A stretch of 64,000 nucleotides of DNA. It comes from Schmidtea nova (Eukaryota). Under the pieces are notes generated by a model, which was given only the letters and a program-made list of their open reading frames with translations, made no database searches and was not told the origin of the DNA. Location of the stretch: positions 232,562,001-232,626,000 of the forward strand of contig CM097882.1 of NCBI GenBank assembly GCA_044892505.1. The letters run 5' to 3'. The position numbers and the translations under genes were made by a program. Within the stretch, counting starts at the first letter, position 1. Each line of letters starts with the position of its first letter. Shown here piece by piece: positions 25,060 to 38,474 of this stretch.

Positions 25060-26720
25060 TTTTTTTTAAAAACATTATCACATTATTAGTAAGCGAAAGA
25101 AAAAGAGCCATAAGAAAATGTTCAGACACAAACAAAATAGAAGCAACCTTAGTAAACCTTAAAAAACGCTTTATCCACAGCGGATTCTCTGAAGGATTTG
25201 TAAAAACTTATTTTCCTAACAAAAACTATCACAACATACAAAACATAATAACAGCACAATAACAAACACGGAAAACATCTACGAATACATTTTTGAAATA
25301 TCACTATAGTCAATAAAATCAGAAACATAATTGTTACCACCGTAATTATTGTGGTTTTTGTTGTATTGTGTGATTATTATTTTAACTATTATTATTATGG
25401 TGGGCGTCCTTGCGGACACCGGATAACCCCTCCTCATTAATTTTTATTTTGTTAGAATGACAACGATGATAAAATTTATAATAATAATTATAAAATTTTA
25501 AAAACAAAAGTTGAATTTAAAAAAAAACAGAAATCAATATTGATAGACAATTAGAATTAGAATAATCTATGACAAGGATCTATGACAAGGATCTATGTGA
25601 ATTAGAAAAGAAAGCCTAAAAAGAATAAACAGAAATATTAAATCAAAAGAAAGAAAGAATCTATAGGAATAACGAAAGGAAAAAATTTACAAACCAAAAA
25701 GAAAATTCAATAAGATAGAAAATCGAAAATCGAAATCTAGCATCGAAATCGGTGACATTGAATCAGTGAGTACTGGTTATTTGTTATAAGTTGTATACTT
25801 ATATCATTTATTTGTTATATTGTATCAACACTTAATAAATACACAAGCACACAATTATACATACATTCAAAACAAAATAACATTCACCCCAGCTGTCCCA
25901 AGACAGATTTTTACCGATGACTCGGCTGGGCTCTACATAATTTTCTTCCAGACAAATATAACCACATAAATAACTCTCTACATAAATATCCCGTCTAGAC
26001 CATTAAAAAAATAACTACTGTTTATAAGAATCTACAAAAAGCATTACCTATCATAACAATAATCAAGAAAATTTATTTACTTGTCCACATCCTTCATACT
26101 TTCATCGCTTCCGTACATTTAAATCAAAACATCAAAAGTCCCCAATATTAAACATCTATAAACAACATTGCCTTTGCCTTTCTAGGACTAGATGCCATTG
26201 CTTTCCAAAAATATAGTATATAAACTTACCTGCATAAAGTGTGATACTACTTACATAAGAGAGACACATAACGTTTTGCACCCGACTTATTAAACACATT
26301 ACAAACAAATCAGCAATTAAAATTAACACTGTGACATAGTACATAGACGAAACAAAATCCAACTTTTACAAGACAGATTAAAAAATTGATAAAAAAGAAT
26401 AGCTTCCGAAACTAGTTTTATCAAAGAACATAAACTGATCATCGACATTCACTTCGCAGAGAATCATGTTTAATGTTTAAAATTAAATTATTTAATTAAG
26501 TAAAGAAAATAAATTATTTTAAAATATAAAAAAAATTATTACTATTTAAGATTAAGTTAATAGAACGATTGAAATACACACAGAATAAAAACTGCATCTA
26601 AATACAGTGTTCCTAAAATAATAAAATACAAAAATTAAAATGAAAATGATTAAATTAAAAAAAGAATCAAAGGTGAAACCAAAAGATTACGATGACAATT
26701 AAATTTATTTTAAATATTAA
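25060..26720 (+). mobile_element. Old degenerate PLE family-2 copy interrupted by unrelated sequence
   Basis: 25080-25260 RAIRKCSD...FIHSGFSEGFVK. 26085-26460 HCLCLSRTRCHCF..IVYKLTCIKCDTTYIRETH, homologous to 12185-12793. The tail has a decayed hammerhead (about 26577-26610). Confidence 0.65.
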
Positions 26721-26844
26721 TCATATAATAAAATCAGCATATGTGATAATATATAGTGATTTTGAAAGCGAAATCTATATAACAACTTATCAAAACAAAG
26801 ATTAAACGATATGTACCAATCATATAGTTATTTTATACATGGTA

Positions 26845-28127
26845 CGTGGCCCAATAAGTCGTGAGACTAAAATAGGAAGACTTAAGATATTAACACAAGA
26901 CTTTGTATTTAGAACAAGCATGGTAAATAGGCATCATTTCTCAAAATAATTTCCTTCTGCACTGACACAATTTTCCCAGCGAATAACGAGGTTTTCGAAG
27001 GCGTTTTTGAAGAATTCTGGAGGCTTTTCTCCCAAAAAACTCTCCACGCTGCTCTCAAATCATGTTTGTTGGCAAACACCTAGCCCCGCAGATGCTTCTT
27101 AAAATGGTTAAACAGGAAAAAATCGGAGGGAGCCAAATCGGGGCTGTATGCTGGATGGGGAAGCAAATTGAGCCCGCAACGCTCAATTTTGGCCATGGAA
27201 ACGCTGTTGGTGTGGATGGGAGCATTATCGTGTAAAACATAGAGATCACACACTCTGCTCTTGCGTCGTGCCTTCCTTGCTTGCTGTACGATGTTAGAGT
27301 AGTAAGAACTATTGATCTTCACGCCGAATTCAGCAAAGTCAGTCAGAATAATGCCATTGGCGTCCCAAACACCGTCAGCATGAGAGCCTTTCGGTGGAAA
27401 GTTGAGGACCGCATTTTCAGTGAGCTGCTTTCTCCTGGCAGTTTTCATTCTTGAGACTCTCTTTTAGATTCGGGGACATAAAGGGACAACGGTGTCTCGT
27501 CCACAGTGATGATATTATCAAAGAAACGGTCTCCAACATTGGTCCTGATCTGCAGATTCTCCAAGCAGCATTCCAAGCGTCGTTGTCGCATTTCCACTTT
27601 TAAGAAGCGTGGCACAAAACGGGAACATAGTTTTCGAATATCACTTTGAATGAGGGGAGTATGCACAGCGCCTTTGCTCACATTTAGACGGGTTGTGGGC
27701 TCTCTCGTCGTTATTTTTCTCTCGTTTTGCACGATTGTCTGCAGCTTTTGCGTTATTTTTTCATCAATTTATGAGGGTCTTCCGGATCTTTCTTCGTCCA
27801 CCACGGAGGTTCTACCACTCTGAAAGTAATTGAACCAACGATAAATTGTTGTTGTGGATGGGCACTCTTGTTGGTAAACAGCTTTCAGTTCAGAAAGAAC
27901 ATCTTCTCTATTTTTTCCTTTCAGAAAGAGAAAGCGAATAAAGCTTGTATTGAACAGTTTCCAGAGGCATTTTTCGAATGTTCGCAAAAATATACTTAAA
28001 CAATAATGGATTATTAAAAAAAATACATTTTCTTTACCTAAAAATGTTGAAGTTTAAATATATCTGAATCAATTTTTTTACTATTATTATTTCTTTATTA
28101 GTCTCACGACTTATTGGGCGCACCACG
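26845..28127 (-). mobile_element. mariner (DD34D) element, ~1.28 kb, inactive
   Basis: TIRs TA|CGTGG(tgcg)CCCAATAAGTCGTGAGACTAA at both ends with TA flanks. Transposase pieces: ITVDET, LHDNAPIH...HPAYSPDLAPSDF (D-34-D). Several frameshifts. Confidence 0.92.
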
Positions 28128-28809
28128 TAATTCTATTCAGCTTAATTGTGAAAGAAAGAAAATTCTTGAGACATAAATACTTAGGTGTCTATTCATTAGA
28201 CAAAATTAAATTTTTGAAGGACTAAACAAACAATTATTGTTAATACTCAATCATCAACTCTTGGTAGAAAACATAGGAATACTCTAAATATGAAATTGGA
28301 AAAGATTTACATATTTAATTATTTGAATTTTTATTACTCATCTCTACTTTTTAAGAAATCATTTTTAAATTTTTGGCAAAATCTTATCTTGTTTTAATGT
28401 CTTTTTTGAAGAAGTTGTTTTTTTAAATAATGATTTACATAGAGACCATGTTCATTTAGTTTATATTTTCAACAAAATCGCAAAGTTTTATGTCAATTAT
28501 TTTAATACTCATTGTAAATTAACCTATTCCTTGTAAACTTCTAAGTATCACATGAATTTTTAACATTGATAATGCATCACATAAAGGTGTATTTGGTATT
28601 TGAATTTGATTAGAGATTTATCTTTAATATTTTTTCACATTTGAAAGAACTTCAATAAATGTCATTGTAGTTTCACTAAATTTTCCTGTTTTAACCATAT
28701 ACCCAAATAAAAATAATTATTTTATAAAGGAAATTCTATTTTTAAAAAAGATTATTCTTTTGAAAATACTATGCGTAGTGCACTCTTTGAACACGCTATG
28801 AGCCTGACC

Positions 28810-28840
<31 letters not shown>

Positions 28841-29422
28841 AAATAATATTTAATAAATTAATTTGGGAGATTCATATGATTTGATGGATAAAAATAAAAT
28901 TGTGCTAATCCAATTCAGATCTAAAATATTTTTATTTATTGGACCAAATAAAATGTCAGTATAAAAATATTTCTAAAATTTACCAACTGTTATTTTTAAA
29001 TTGTTCTGAAATATTTACAAAAGCTTTAAATAAAAATAATTCTTATAAAATTAATTAAAACAATTGCAAATAAGTAGCATTAACTATTATTTATTTTTTA
29101 ATTGATAAGATATAATTATTTATAATTATTTTAATTATTACTATTTTAAACAAAAAAAAATTTATAATAATTCATTTATATTATTACTAGTTAATAACCT
29201 TTTTTGTGATTATATTTTTAGTAAATAAATTATACAGTCAATTGAAATCAAATCAGAAAATACTTTCGAGCCAAGAACATACAGTTAAACTACATAATCA
29301 GAAATATTCCACAAATAACAATTGTTGCTAAAACATTTTCTGTAGTATTAATACAAATATAATTTTACTGTTTCTTTATCATTATGTGTAAATATTAATT
29401 AAAAGAATCACATTACTATTAA

Positions 29423-29814
29423 TAAGGTGACCAACTATTTTTTGTTCAAAATGAGTACACTTTGCAAGTATTTCATAGGTGAAAAAAAGAAAACGACAAA
29501 AACTTTATTTTCTTTTAAAAACATATTTTTCTTCGGAGTGGATTTTTGCTAAATGAGGATGTTCGTCTAATAAAGTAGCCACATCAAAACAACTTTCATT
29601 TTCCATATTAAATTTGACTCTTAAGACGGCAGATAATGTTTTTACTGAAAGTTGCGACTTCTCACTGCTCCAATAATCATTCCCCAATGAAAATACCCTT
29701 TCAAAATGTTTTAGAAATACAAATGAGTACTTTCAGAGTACAGGATTTGAAAAGAGTACGGTTTGCGAAAAAAAGAGTACAAAACTCAGTAAATGAGTAC
29801 AGTTGGACACCTTA
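29423..29814 (-). mobile_element. Internally deleted hAT (Blackjack-like) element, 392 bp
   Basis: 14-bp TIR TAAGGTG(A/T)CCAACT, subterminal GAGTAC repeats, imperfect 8-bp TSD (actattaa/actataaa), and a C-terminal remnant WSSEKSQLSVKTLSAVLRVKFN. Confidence 0.75.
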
Positions 29815-30499
29815 CTATAAAAGTTAAATTTATTAAAAAATTATTAAAGCTAAAAGTTTAATAAAATAAGTTTGATATTGATTTAAAAATAAGATTATCA
29901 AATTTTATTAAATTCAAAAATTAAGAGTTTAAATTTTTAATTTCAAAAATTTTAATTTCAAATGTAAAATTTAATCAGTATGTTGAATTACAGAATGATT
30001 GAATCATAGCTCATAGAAGTTATCGATGCTTCAAAAAATATTCAAATAATATATTATTGATTAATATTGTTTGAATAATATGTTTTAAAATATATAATTT
30101 TTGGAATTAAATATTGTTATTAATAAAAATCCAATTATGTCTAAAAAAGAAACCGATTGCAATGTAATTGCAACTAACAGCTACCATAGGAAGAAATATA
30201 TCTATTGGATTATAAAGTCCAAAGAGAATTTATCTTACTTAAGATTTCATCTCACGAAAACATTTATTGGTTTCAAAATATTAGGAATATTTATTTACCA
30301 AAAGATATGATTAAAAAGATTTGGATCAAACTTGTAATTGTTTATTTAAAGTATTGGACCGTAGACCAATGAAGTCAACATTTAACTGGTTTGAAAAAGT
30401 ATAAAATGATGCTCAGGTAACCTATAAACTATATGTAGTTTTACAAATTGTGTGCGGTATATTGTTAGTCAATAATACGGCGCAGCAGATTAAAATTTA

Positions 30500-30960
30500 T
30501 TTCACATATTCCGGCCCATACCATCACAGGATTTGGGTATTGACGATCTTTAATAATGTAAACGTTGCCTGGAGAGCTTGTTGACCAAATCCGATCGTGA
30601 GCATTTTGAACTATATTCCACCAAAATAAATTTTTCATCGGAAAACGAAATCTGCTCCCAATTCGAAGTTGTGGCCTACTAGAGCCGCTTCACACATCTC
30701 TCAAGGCTATTTTGTTTGTTTTCATCAGTTTGAGTCAGTATGGGTGGAAATGAGAACATTTGTTTTATTTTCCTGATAATCTTTAAGTATAGATTGGAAT
30801 GTCTCCTAAAATTACGTTAGGATAAACTTAAAATCTTTTGCTTTTTGCTCTTTAATCCTTCGAAAAATAAATTAAAGACGTGGATCTTCAGCACACAATA
30901 TAACTTGCAATGATTATAGTTTGAAATCGGTTACGTTGCTAGGCATCCTGAGCTCAAGAG
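30500..30960 (-). pseudogene. Tc1/mariner-superfamily transposase remnant, maT (DD37D)-like
   Basis: NWEQISFSDENLF....QNAHDRIWS...RQYPNPVMVWAGIC signature. Second catalytic D not seen. Confidence 0.6.
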
Positions 30961-33843
30961 ATAAATCCCGAGTTCATCATCATTATTTTTGAAAAATCCA
31001 ATTGAACAAAAGCAGTTTGTAGAAAAAAATCTAAATTCAAATTTTTTGTTGAACTTCCCGTTAAAGAAGACATACTAGACCAGTGATTTCCAATCCGAGA
31101 GTAGCCTGACGATTTGTGAGTAATCACCTGAGTCTGCAGAAATCACAGAATTTTTTAAAAATAAACTTGAACCAGTTTATTGTCAAACATAGAGGTTAAT
31201 TGGACGAAAAGTTGGAGCAAGCAAGAAATTAAATGCTAAATGATGATAAAGAATTAATTTTGTAAATTTCTAAATAAAAATGCATGACGATAGTTATGAT
31301 TATAATACTTATATTATCAGATAACACATCAGCAGCCATACAGTTTAGAAAGAGCAACCTAGTCAATCTTGTGGATTAGACAGAGTAATTTCTTGTCTGC
31401 TGGACTCAAGGAAAGAATCTCAAAGTCTTAGTTTAAGTGTCTATTTCATTAAAGGTAGACCAGTGCTCCCTAACCGGCGTGCCACAAGCCGAATACAGAT
31501 GTACCTCGGTCAAATTCAATGTATTTGACATTTTACAATTTTTTATTATGTAATTAATGCACAATGACAAATTATTTTTCATAATTTTGTTTATTTTTCA
31601 AAATAGTATAGAATAATTATTATAACTAAATAATGTTTTAATGGTCCCCCAGCACTTGGTGCCAACTGTTGAAAACTGCGTAGTGTGCTCTGTACCCATC
31701 ATGCCCGCACTAAATTAGTCATAGACAAAGAAAAATTACCTTTATGCGAGTTGCTGAAGACTCATACGCATGCGTTATACTGCATTTGCACACGTTACAT
31801 AACGTCCACACGTCCGCCATTACTGTCGTGTGCAGAGCTGTCATTATTTGAACAACACAAAGCTAAATAAACAAGTTTCTACCATTAATGATAATTACTA
31901 TTAATTGTGTTTCTGAATTGTGTGTGACTAGCGTTCTTCGTGTCATACATATTTAGTTTTATACCTCTTTAAGTATGGGTTTAACTTTACGTGAAAAACA
32001 TCCGTCTTCCCGTATAGATTATGAAGAACTCAGCACAAGTATTACAAATGAACCAAAGAAAACAGTGAAAGAAAGTACTACGAAGACTACATTAAATATG
32101 GATTGACGTAGTGATGTAATGGAACGGCCCTAAAGCCACAGTGTTAATTTGCAACGAATAGCTATCAAACGAATCTATGGTACCCAGTAAATCAAATCAT
32201 TATCTATGTTCAAACCATCCCAGCTACGCCAACGAAGAGGGGCTTAGAACAAAATAAAAACAGAAGAAATTTACGAAATCGGCCGTTATCGTTTCTGAAA
32301 AGGCCTTAGAAACTAGTTACCATGTTGCAAAATTAATTGCATGCCAGAAGAAACCACATACTATCGGCGAAACGCTTGTTAAACCAGCGTGCATGGAAAT
32401 TGTTCGACTTATGCTTGGGTCCAATGAAGTTAAGGAAGTTAAGGAAGTAAATAAAGTTTTATTGTCAGCCGATACTGTTAAAAGATGTATTCACGAAATG
32501 TCAAGTTATATTTTAGGAAAGCTGATTAGAAAATTGTTATTGGTTAAGTTTTTGCGCTTCAAAACGACGAAACAACTGACATTAAAAGTAAAGCACAGCT
32601 GATAGCTATTGTGCGTTTCGTTGACGATAACTTTATTAAAGAACATTATTTATTTTGTAATGAGGTTCCAGAGCTACCGGTGAAGAAATCTTTCAAGTAA
32701 ATGATGATTTATTCAAAATATGTAATATTCGATGGAGCAATTGCATTGCTGTTTGCAGGGATGGCGCTGCAGCAATGACGGGTAGTAAAAAGGGTTTATT
32801 CTCTTGTGGAAAACGAAAAATTCGACGTTATAATTTACACACTGCTGCATACATCGAGAAGCATTGATGGTCAAAACGTTACCGGAGAACATTTGAACAC
32901 AATGAATGAATGCATTAAAATCGTAAACATCATTAAATCAAGAGCCCTAAATTCGTGAATCTTTGGAATACTCTGTGCAGAAATGGAAGCCGAATATGAA
33001 TACTTATTGTTGTATGCTGGAATTCGTTGGCTATCCCGAAGCAAGATTTTGTCTAGATTGTTTGAGCTTCGTCACGAGGTGCGTGAGTTTCTTTTAAATC
33101 AAACTATGGCCGAACTATAACAGCACCTCGAAGATGATTACTTGATAGCCAAACTTGAATACATGGCTGATATATTCGAGTATTTGAATGAACTTAATAA
33201 AAAACTGCAAGGTCGAAATGAAAATATATTGAAGTGCTCCGAGAAATTAAAAGAGTTGAAAAAATATCTAACTTTGACAGAAAGAGTTGCAAAAAAAGTG
33301 TTTGGAAATGTACGAAAGGACCAACCATAGTACAATTGAAAACAAACAATTAATTGTGGATCTGGCCAAACAACATTTAAGTATGCTTCAGCAGAAATTT
33401 GATCAATATTTTTATTCCATTAATACGGGACAATACGATTGCATTCGAAATTCTTTTGCAACCGATGCAATAAATTCTACGGAAGCACTGCCTCTGCAAA
33501 TTTGAGAGAAATTTACAGATTTAAATAATGACATGACTTGAAAACTTCACTTCTCCGAAGTTCCATTTGATTTTTTCTGGATTTACTTTAAAAAATAATA
33601 TCCTCGCATTTCCGACAAAGCAATCTTGACACTACTTCCATTTTAAACGACATATTTATGTGAGCAAAGTTTTTCAATTCTTGTAATAATTAAATATGAT
33701 AAGCGGTCATGCTTAAAAGGTCTTGACCAAAAACTTCGGGCTGCGCTGTCAAAGATCTAGCCGAATTTAAATTTTTATGTTCATTGAAACAAGCGCAGAT
33801 ATCACATTAATTCACATTAAAATTTGTGTATCAATTTTATATA

Positions 33844-33943
33844 CAAGTCAAATCTCGATGTAACGAATACCGAAGTAACGAAATTTCCAGTATAACGAAA
33901 CAATTTACTCAGTCCCGTGAGCTTCGTTACAACGAGATTTGAC

Positions 33944-33946
<3 letters not shown>
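33844..33946. mobile_element. MITE (TIR CAGGTCAAATCTCG, TA TSD), 103-bp short copy
   Basis: TA|caagtcaaatctcg...cgagatttgacctg|TA. Reverse-oriented, internally deleted version of 48356-48522. Confidence 0.85.

Positions 33947-34016
<70 letters not shown>
33947..34016. repeat. (TA)n microsatellite
   Basis: Direct reading; continues from the MITE TA target. Confidence 0.95.
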
Positions 34017-34018
<2 letters not shown>

Positions 34019-36124
34019 CTTTTCATGTGCCATGGTATTCTAGGAAGAAATATGGTGTGTCGTAGGTGAGAAAAGGCTGCAAATCACTGGATTAGACCAT
34101 GTGATTAAAATAATCTGAAATTTCTTTTACATTCATTATTTTAGACTAACGACCAAAATTTTATTAAAAAAACATACTGATCAACAGAAGAAAAAATGAT
34201 GATAAATTAAATTAAAAAATATAACTGACAAAGTTTAAAACATTTTTATGTTGTAATATCGAAATTTCAATGTAATTTAACAAATTATTTATTATAAAAA
34301 AATTAAAATTTTTTTTTAGGTTTTACTAAACAAATAATATGTAAAATTAAATTTTTCATTAATTTGTATTTTTTTAATTAAAGCTAATTCTGTTGAATTA
34401 TTAGCCTAAAAATCTTTTACTTATCACTTATCCCACATATATTTTTGGAATAGTTCATATTGTGAAACTGGATTACCAAATATCTGTCTTTGACAAAGAA
34501 AGTTCCTATTTGTGATTTTGGAAACCTAGAAACCCTTTGATCTTCTATTATTCCAGAAATATTTTGAAAAACATCAATTTTCAAAAATCGCAATGAACTG
34601 TTGTTTTGTATATTTTAGAACCGTCACAGTCAACCGTGCAAATTTTTAACCATTATAGGGATAGAATAAATTGAATAAACTTTTCTTTTTCTAAAAATAT
34701 TTTTATGGCCTTGATGCGGTAAAAGATTTCACATCCTGCTCCAATGAAGAGTGAATTTAGTGAATACAGAGATTTTATAAATTAAATTATTTGAAATTTC
34801 AATAATTCTAGAAATATCTAAGAATTTATTTAATAAAATGGTTCCATAAAAATACCACACATGAAATTTGGCGAGTTAATCAAATCGTAGATGTATTGGA
34901 AGCTGATTTAGGAATTGGAAAACGTGCAATAAGAAAGTGCTGTACGCCATCTAAAAAATGAATAAATTACGATTTATATTATATACAATGAAAATGCAAA
35001 ATGATAATGTATTTACAATTGTTATTTAGATGAATTTTATTACAGTATATACCCTAATAATGTATGTACCTTATTCTTCATCGTTTGTACACTTATACTT
35101 TTATTTTGTATTAAAATTTATTAAAACGTAATTAAAAATAAATTATCACAAATACCAAAAAATACTAATAAATAAAATAATAACACAACCTAATGCAAAG
35201 GTTATACTGTCAAATGAGAAACCCTATATATAAATCCCGTAATATTCGTTGAACACTAACATAATTGTAGAAAAAGAAAAATATTAAGAACGAAACACAT
35301 TATATTCTAATCTACAATAGTTGATGAATGAGTTCCTTGGCTTTCGTAATCTCCAATCTTTGACAGCCTAACCGGTTGATTTTGATTGATTGTGCTGGGA
35401 TTCGGCATTGTTTGAACATTACACATATTGTGTGTTGGGATTCGATGGTTTTTGGTTGAATTGCTTATTGGTTTCACTATGCATAAACGATTGATGGATC
35501 TGTTTGTCATCCATAGGGCCGAAATCGGAAAACTCATTAATCTGATTCATATTGCAGCCACTAAAAATCGAAGTAACATTGCGAATGTTTAGCAGAGAGA
35601 AATATTAGGAATTGTTAAAGTAAATTGTTGAAGTAAATGAGCATTTGCCTTTTCCAGGTGGAGGGCATAATTGAGATAATCATGAAAGAATTCCCCTATT
35701 CAATGATTGATGATTGTCACTGACACGAACCGATAGTTTATAAGTATTAGTATTGGATTCAGATAACTTTTTTTAACTCGATATTTCCGCAAATCTCTGA
35801 TTCGTCGCCTCATTTTTATTTAAAAATATTTAGGATTTTGATTTTTTAATTGTAAATTCTTTTTGGAGGATATTATTCATGTTGGTAATTTTGAAAGTAA
35901 AAAAGTAAAAAAGTGATTTTTTTGCTTATTTAAAATAAAAAGAAAAAAAATTCATTTAATATAATACTACATTGATAATTTAATTATTAAATTAATGTCA
36001 TAATTAAATTGAAAAGTCTGAGGCACTACAATAATCATTACTCAGAATATAAATATGCTAATCCTTAAAATGATATTAAACTCTAAAGAAAAACACTTAT
36101 TGAAAATCTTCTTTTTTATATATA

Positions 36125-36291
36125 TCAATAATTCTCATAATAATAAGACTATAGTACACAATATTTATCAAGTGCCGAAATATTGTGTACTTGTTTAAAG
36201 AAATTTTGACCTATAATCTTACCATTATGTGAATTATTGATATTAATATTAAAAAAAGATCAAAAGTAAAACGAAAAGATAATTATAATTA

Positions 36292-36295
<4 letters not shown>
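36125..36295 (+). repeat. Minimal PLE family-2 tail with fold-back inversion
   Basis: Tail sequence (aatattgtg...gaattattgat...aaaagatcaaaag) preceded by its own inverted copy; 12-bp palindromic arms gtacacaatatt / aatattgtgtac. Confidence 0.6.
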
Positions 36296-36364
<69 letters not shown>

Positions 36365-36368
<4 letters not shown>

Positions 36369-36891
36369 TTCGGCGCGTCCAGCTCCGATTGATTTCTTTA
36401 TTTTTACGAAGCGTCCTTTCTCCATAGCTTTTAGCTTCCAACTGTTTTCCACTGACCGCAACAGCTCGACGACCAGCTACAAATCCACTGGGATCGGTTT
36501 TGAATAACAGTGGCTTATCCATTTACTTATCACAAGAAAATGCGATCATTGAACAGCCTAATGGCATCATTGCAGCTGATTGAATGTACAATTGATTAAT
36601 ATCGGCAATATCTCGACAAATCCTGTCACAGGACATTTCGCATTTAAAACGTGCAGCTTCCATTTGTGCACGGCATACTTGCGATCCGCAATCAGGAATC
36701 ATTCCGGTCCTAACGCAACCGGTACTTTCAGTTACGTTAAATAATATTGTAGCTGAACTCTTTTCCTTCATATTATCTGGGACTTTCCTTTGTGTAGCAA
36801 CTACGCCACAATCATTATCTCGAACATCAACAGAAAGTAATCCATCCAACGCAATCGCTTTAAATGCATATTCAACCTGAAATAATGCCCC
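36365..36891 (-). pseudogene. PSMA6: Proteasome subunit alpha type-6-like pseudogene fragment, intronless
   Basis: GALFQVEYAFKAI..GLLSVDVR..DCGVVATQRKVPD...RAQMEAARFK...RDIADINQLYIQSAAMMPLGCSMI...*...LFKTDPSG. In-frame TAA at 36523-36525, a short deletion, no N-terminus, ends in (TA)n. Confidence 0.85.
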
Positions 36892-37560
36892 CCAAAGACA
36901 TTTCACTATTCATATTTAATAATTCAAATCAACAATTCCAAGTCTCGAAGATTCTATTTAATTCCAATAATTAAAATTTCAACTTTGAAGCTAAATCAAA
37001 AGTTCCACCCGATTTCATAAATTCACTCCAAAATAAATCTGTATAAATCAATCAATCACACTCAGCAATACAAATAAAAAATTAATTCCCACTAAGCAAT
37101 TATTTTAAACATTTTAAAAGTTCAATCTGCCACAATTAATTTACTGATCCATATAAACAAAAAACTAATCAAGTCAAATCCAAACTGAATAATTCCAAAA
37201 AATCTTTAAATCGATAATTTCATCGAAAAATCGAAAAATTCCAAAATTCCGTAATTTCCTTAAAAGAAACCCAGTCATTCGGTTCTCGCGTCTGTGTGCG
37301 CACCCAAACTGCGATCTCACCAATTATCGCCACCGCGCACACAGGCGTGACGAAAAGCACACAATTCCATCGAGAGCCATTTATTGAATGGTGAGATGAT
37401 ATGAGGATTTTAGCGATATTTGACAAAATGCAAATTTCAAATTTATTAAAACGTCATTCCGGTGATATCTAAGTAAATCATTTATCCTTTTATGGAGGTT
37501 CAGTTGGGATTTTTCGTTGAAACTTTTCAATATAATTGGTCCAATAGAAATCATTTTCCC

Positions 37561-38474
37561 TGTGTTCATGTTTTATACCGTCTCAGTGCCAGTATGCTAG
37601 TCACTGATCACATGTATATACAGACTATTAACCTAAGAAGCCACTTCACTAGTAGTCTAGTATTTAAAACTTTCTAGTCACTATAATTACTCAGTATATA
37701 TCCAATAGCACTGTATATTTCTTTGATATTTTTTGACATAAATATTCACATTCAATTAATATATTTGTTGTTTTTGGAATTTATAATTTTGTTATCGGGT
37801 CCGAATAATGCTGAATTCGGTAAGTATTATGAATTCCTGATCTTGAGCAATTGGCCCGGCTTGGCGGCCGTTTGTCGATTGTCCTGATAATCGACCCGAT
37901 TGTGAATATTACCGATTAATTGGCCAAGCTTTAATTAAAACTATTGGCAGCGAATGTTTTAAATTAATAATATTACTATTAAAAATTGTCCAAACAAAAA
38001 AAATATTTCGTAAAATATTAAATATATTTTATCGTAATCGAAACTATATGTGATATTTGAATTTATGTCCTTTTCCGAAAGCAATATTTAGAAATAAAAT
38101 TTCGTCCTTTTTGATTGTATGATAGCAACTTTATGTTTGATAACCAGACATTGTGAAATTCCCAACACTTCAGTAGAATTTATTTATCTATTTAATTTTA
38201 TATTGTAAATAAAATTTAAATAATAATGTAAATAATTTTATTGTAAATAAAAATGAGTTCATTTACTTCAAATAAATTATTTCTTAGCTGTAAAATTAAA
38301 ATAAAACTCAAAACTTTTGAGACAATGGCTGGGAAATAAACAAGTTTTCGGTGATCAAATCGACTGCCAGATAATTTTAATGGTTTCTAAATATTAAACT
38401 TGCTTTAATTTTCATGCTTTTTTTCTAATAAATGAAATGCTAGTCAATTAAATGTTTAAAAAGGTTTAAAGAAA
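37561..38474 (+). repeat. Left arm of ~0.9-kb inverted duplication (partner 54342-55242)
   Basis: Near-identical reverse complement with scattered substitutions and small indels. Confidence 0.9.

Larger units (their letters stand above)
31461..34089 (+). mobile_element. hAT Buster/Charlie-type element, decayed (~2.6 kb)
   Basis: Ends CAGTGCTCCCTAACC / ggctgcaaatCACTG, flanks aggtagac / gattagac. Broken transposase about 31974-33812 with YYEDYIKYG, KKPHTIGETLVKPAC, DGAAAMTG, HCCIHRE, RWLS, TYLCEQSFS. Confidence 0.85.

Noticed and set aside
25890-25945. GC-rich hairpin CCCAGC...GCTGGG with CCGATGA, possible ribozyme
   Set aside because: No GAAA core or stem II/III; only a local hairpin.
28160-28720. 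KYLGV motif suggesting a non-LTR RT remnant
   Set aside because: A single short motif amid stops; insufficient.
35290-35800. Possible Crypton or other TE C-terminal fragment (...SIFSGCNMNQIN...)
   Set aside because: No tyrosine-recombinase catalytic motif visible; resemblance too weak.
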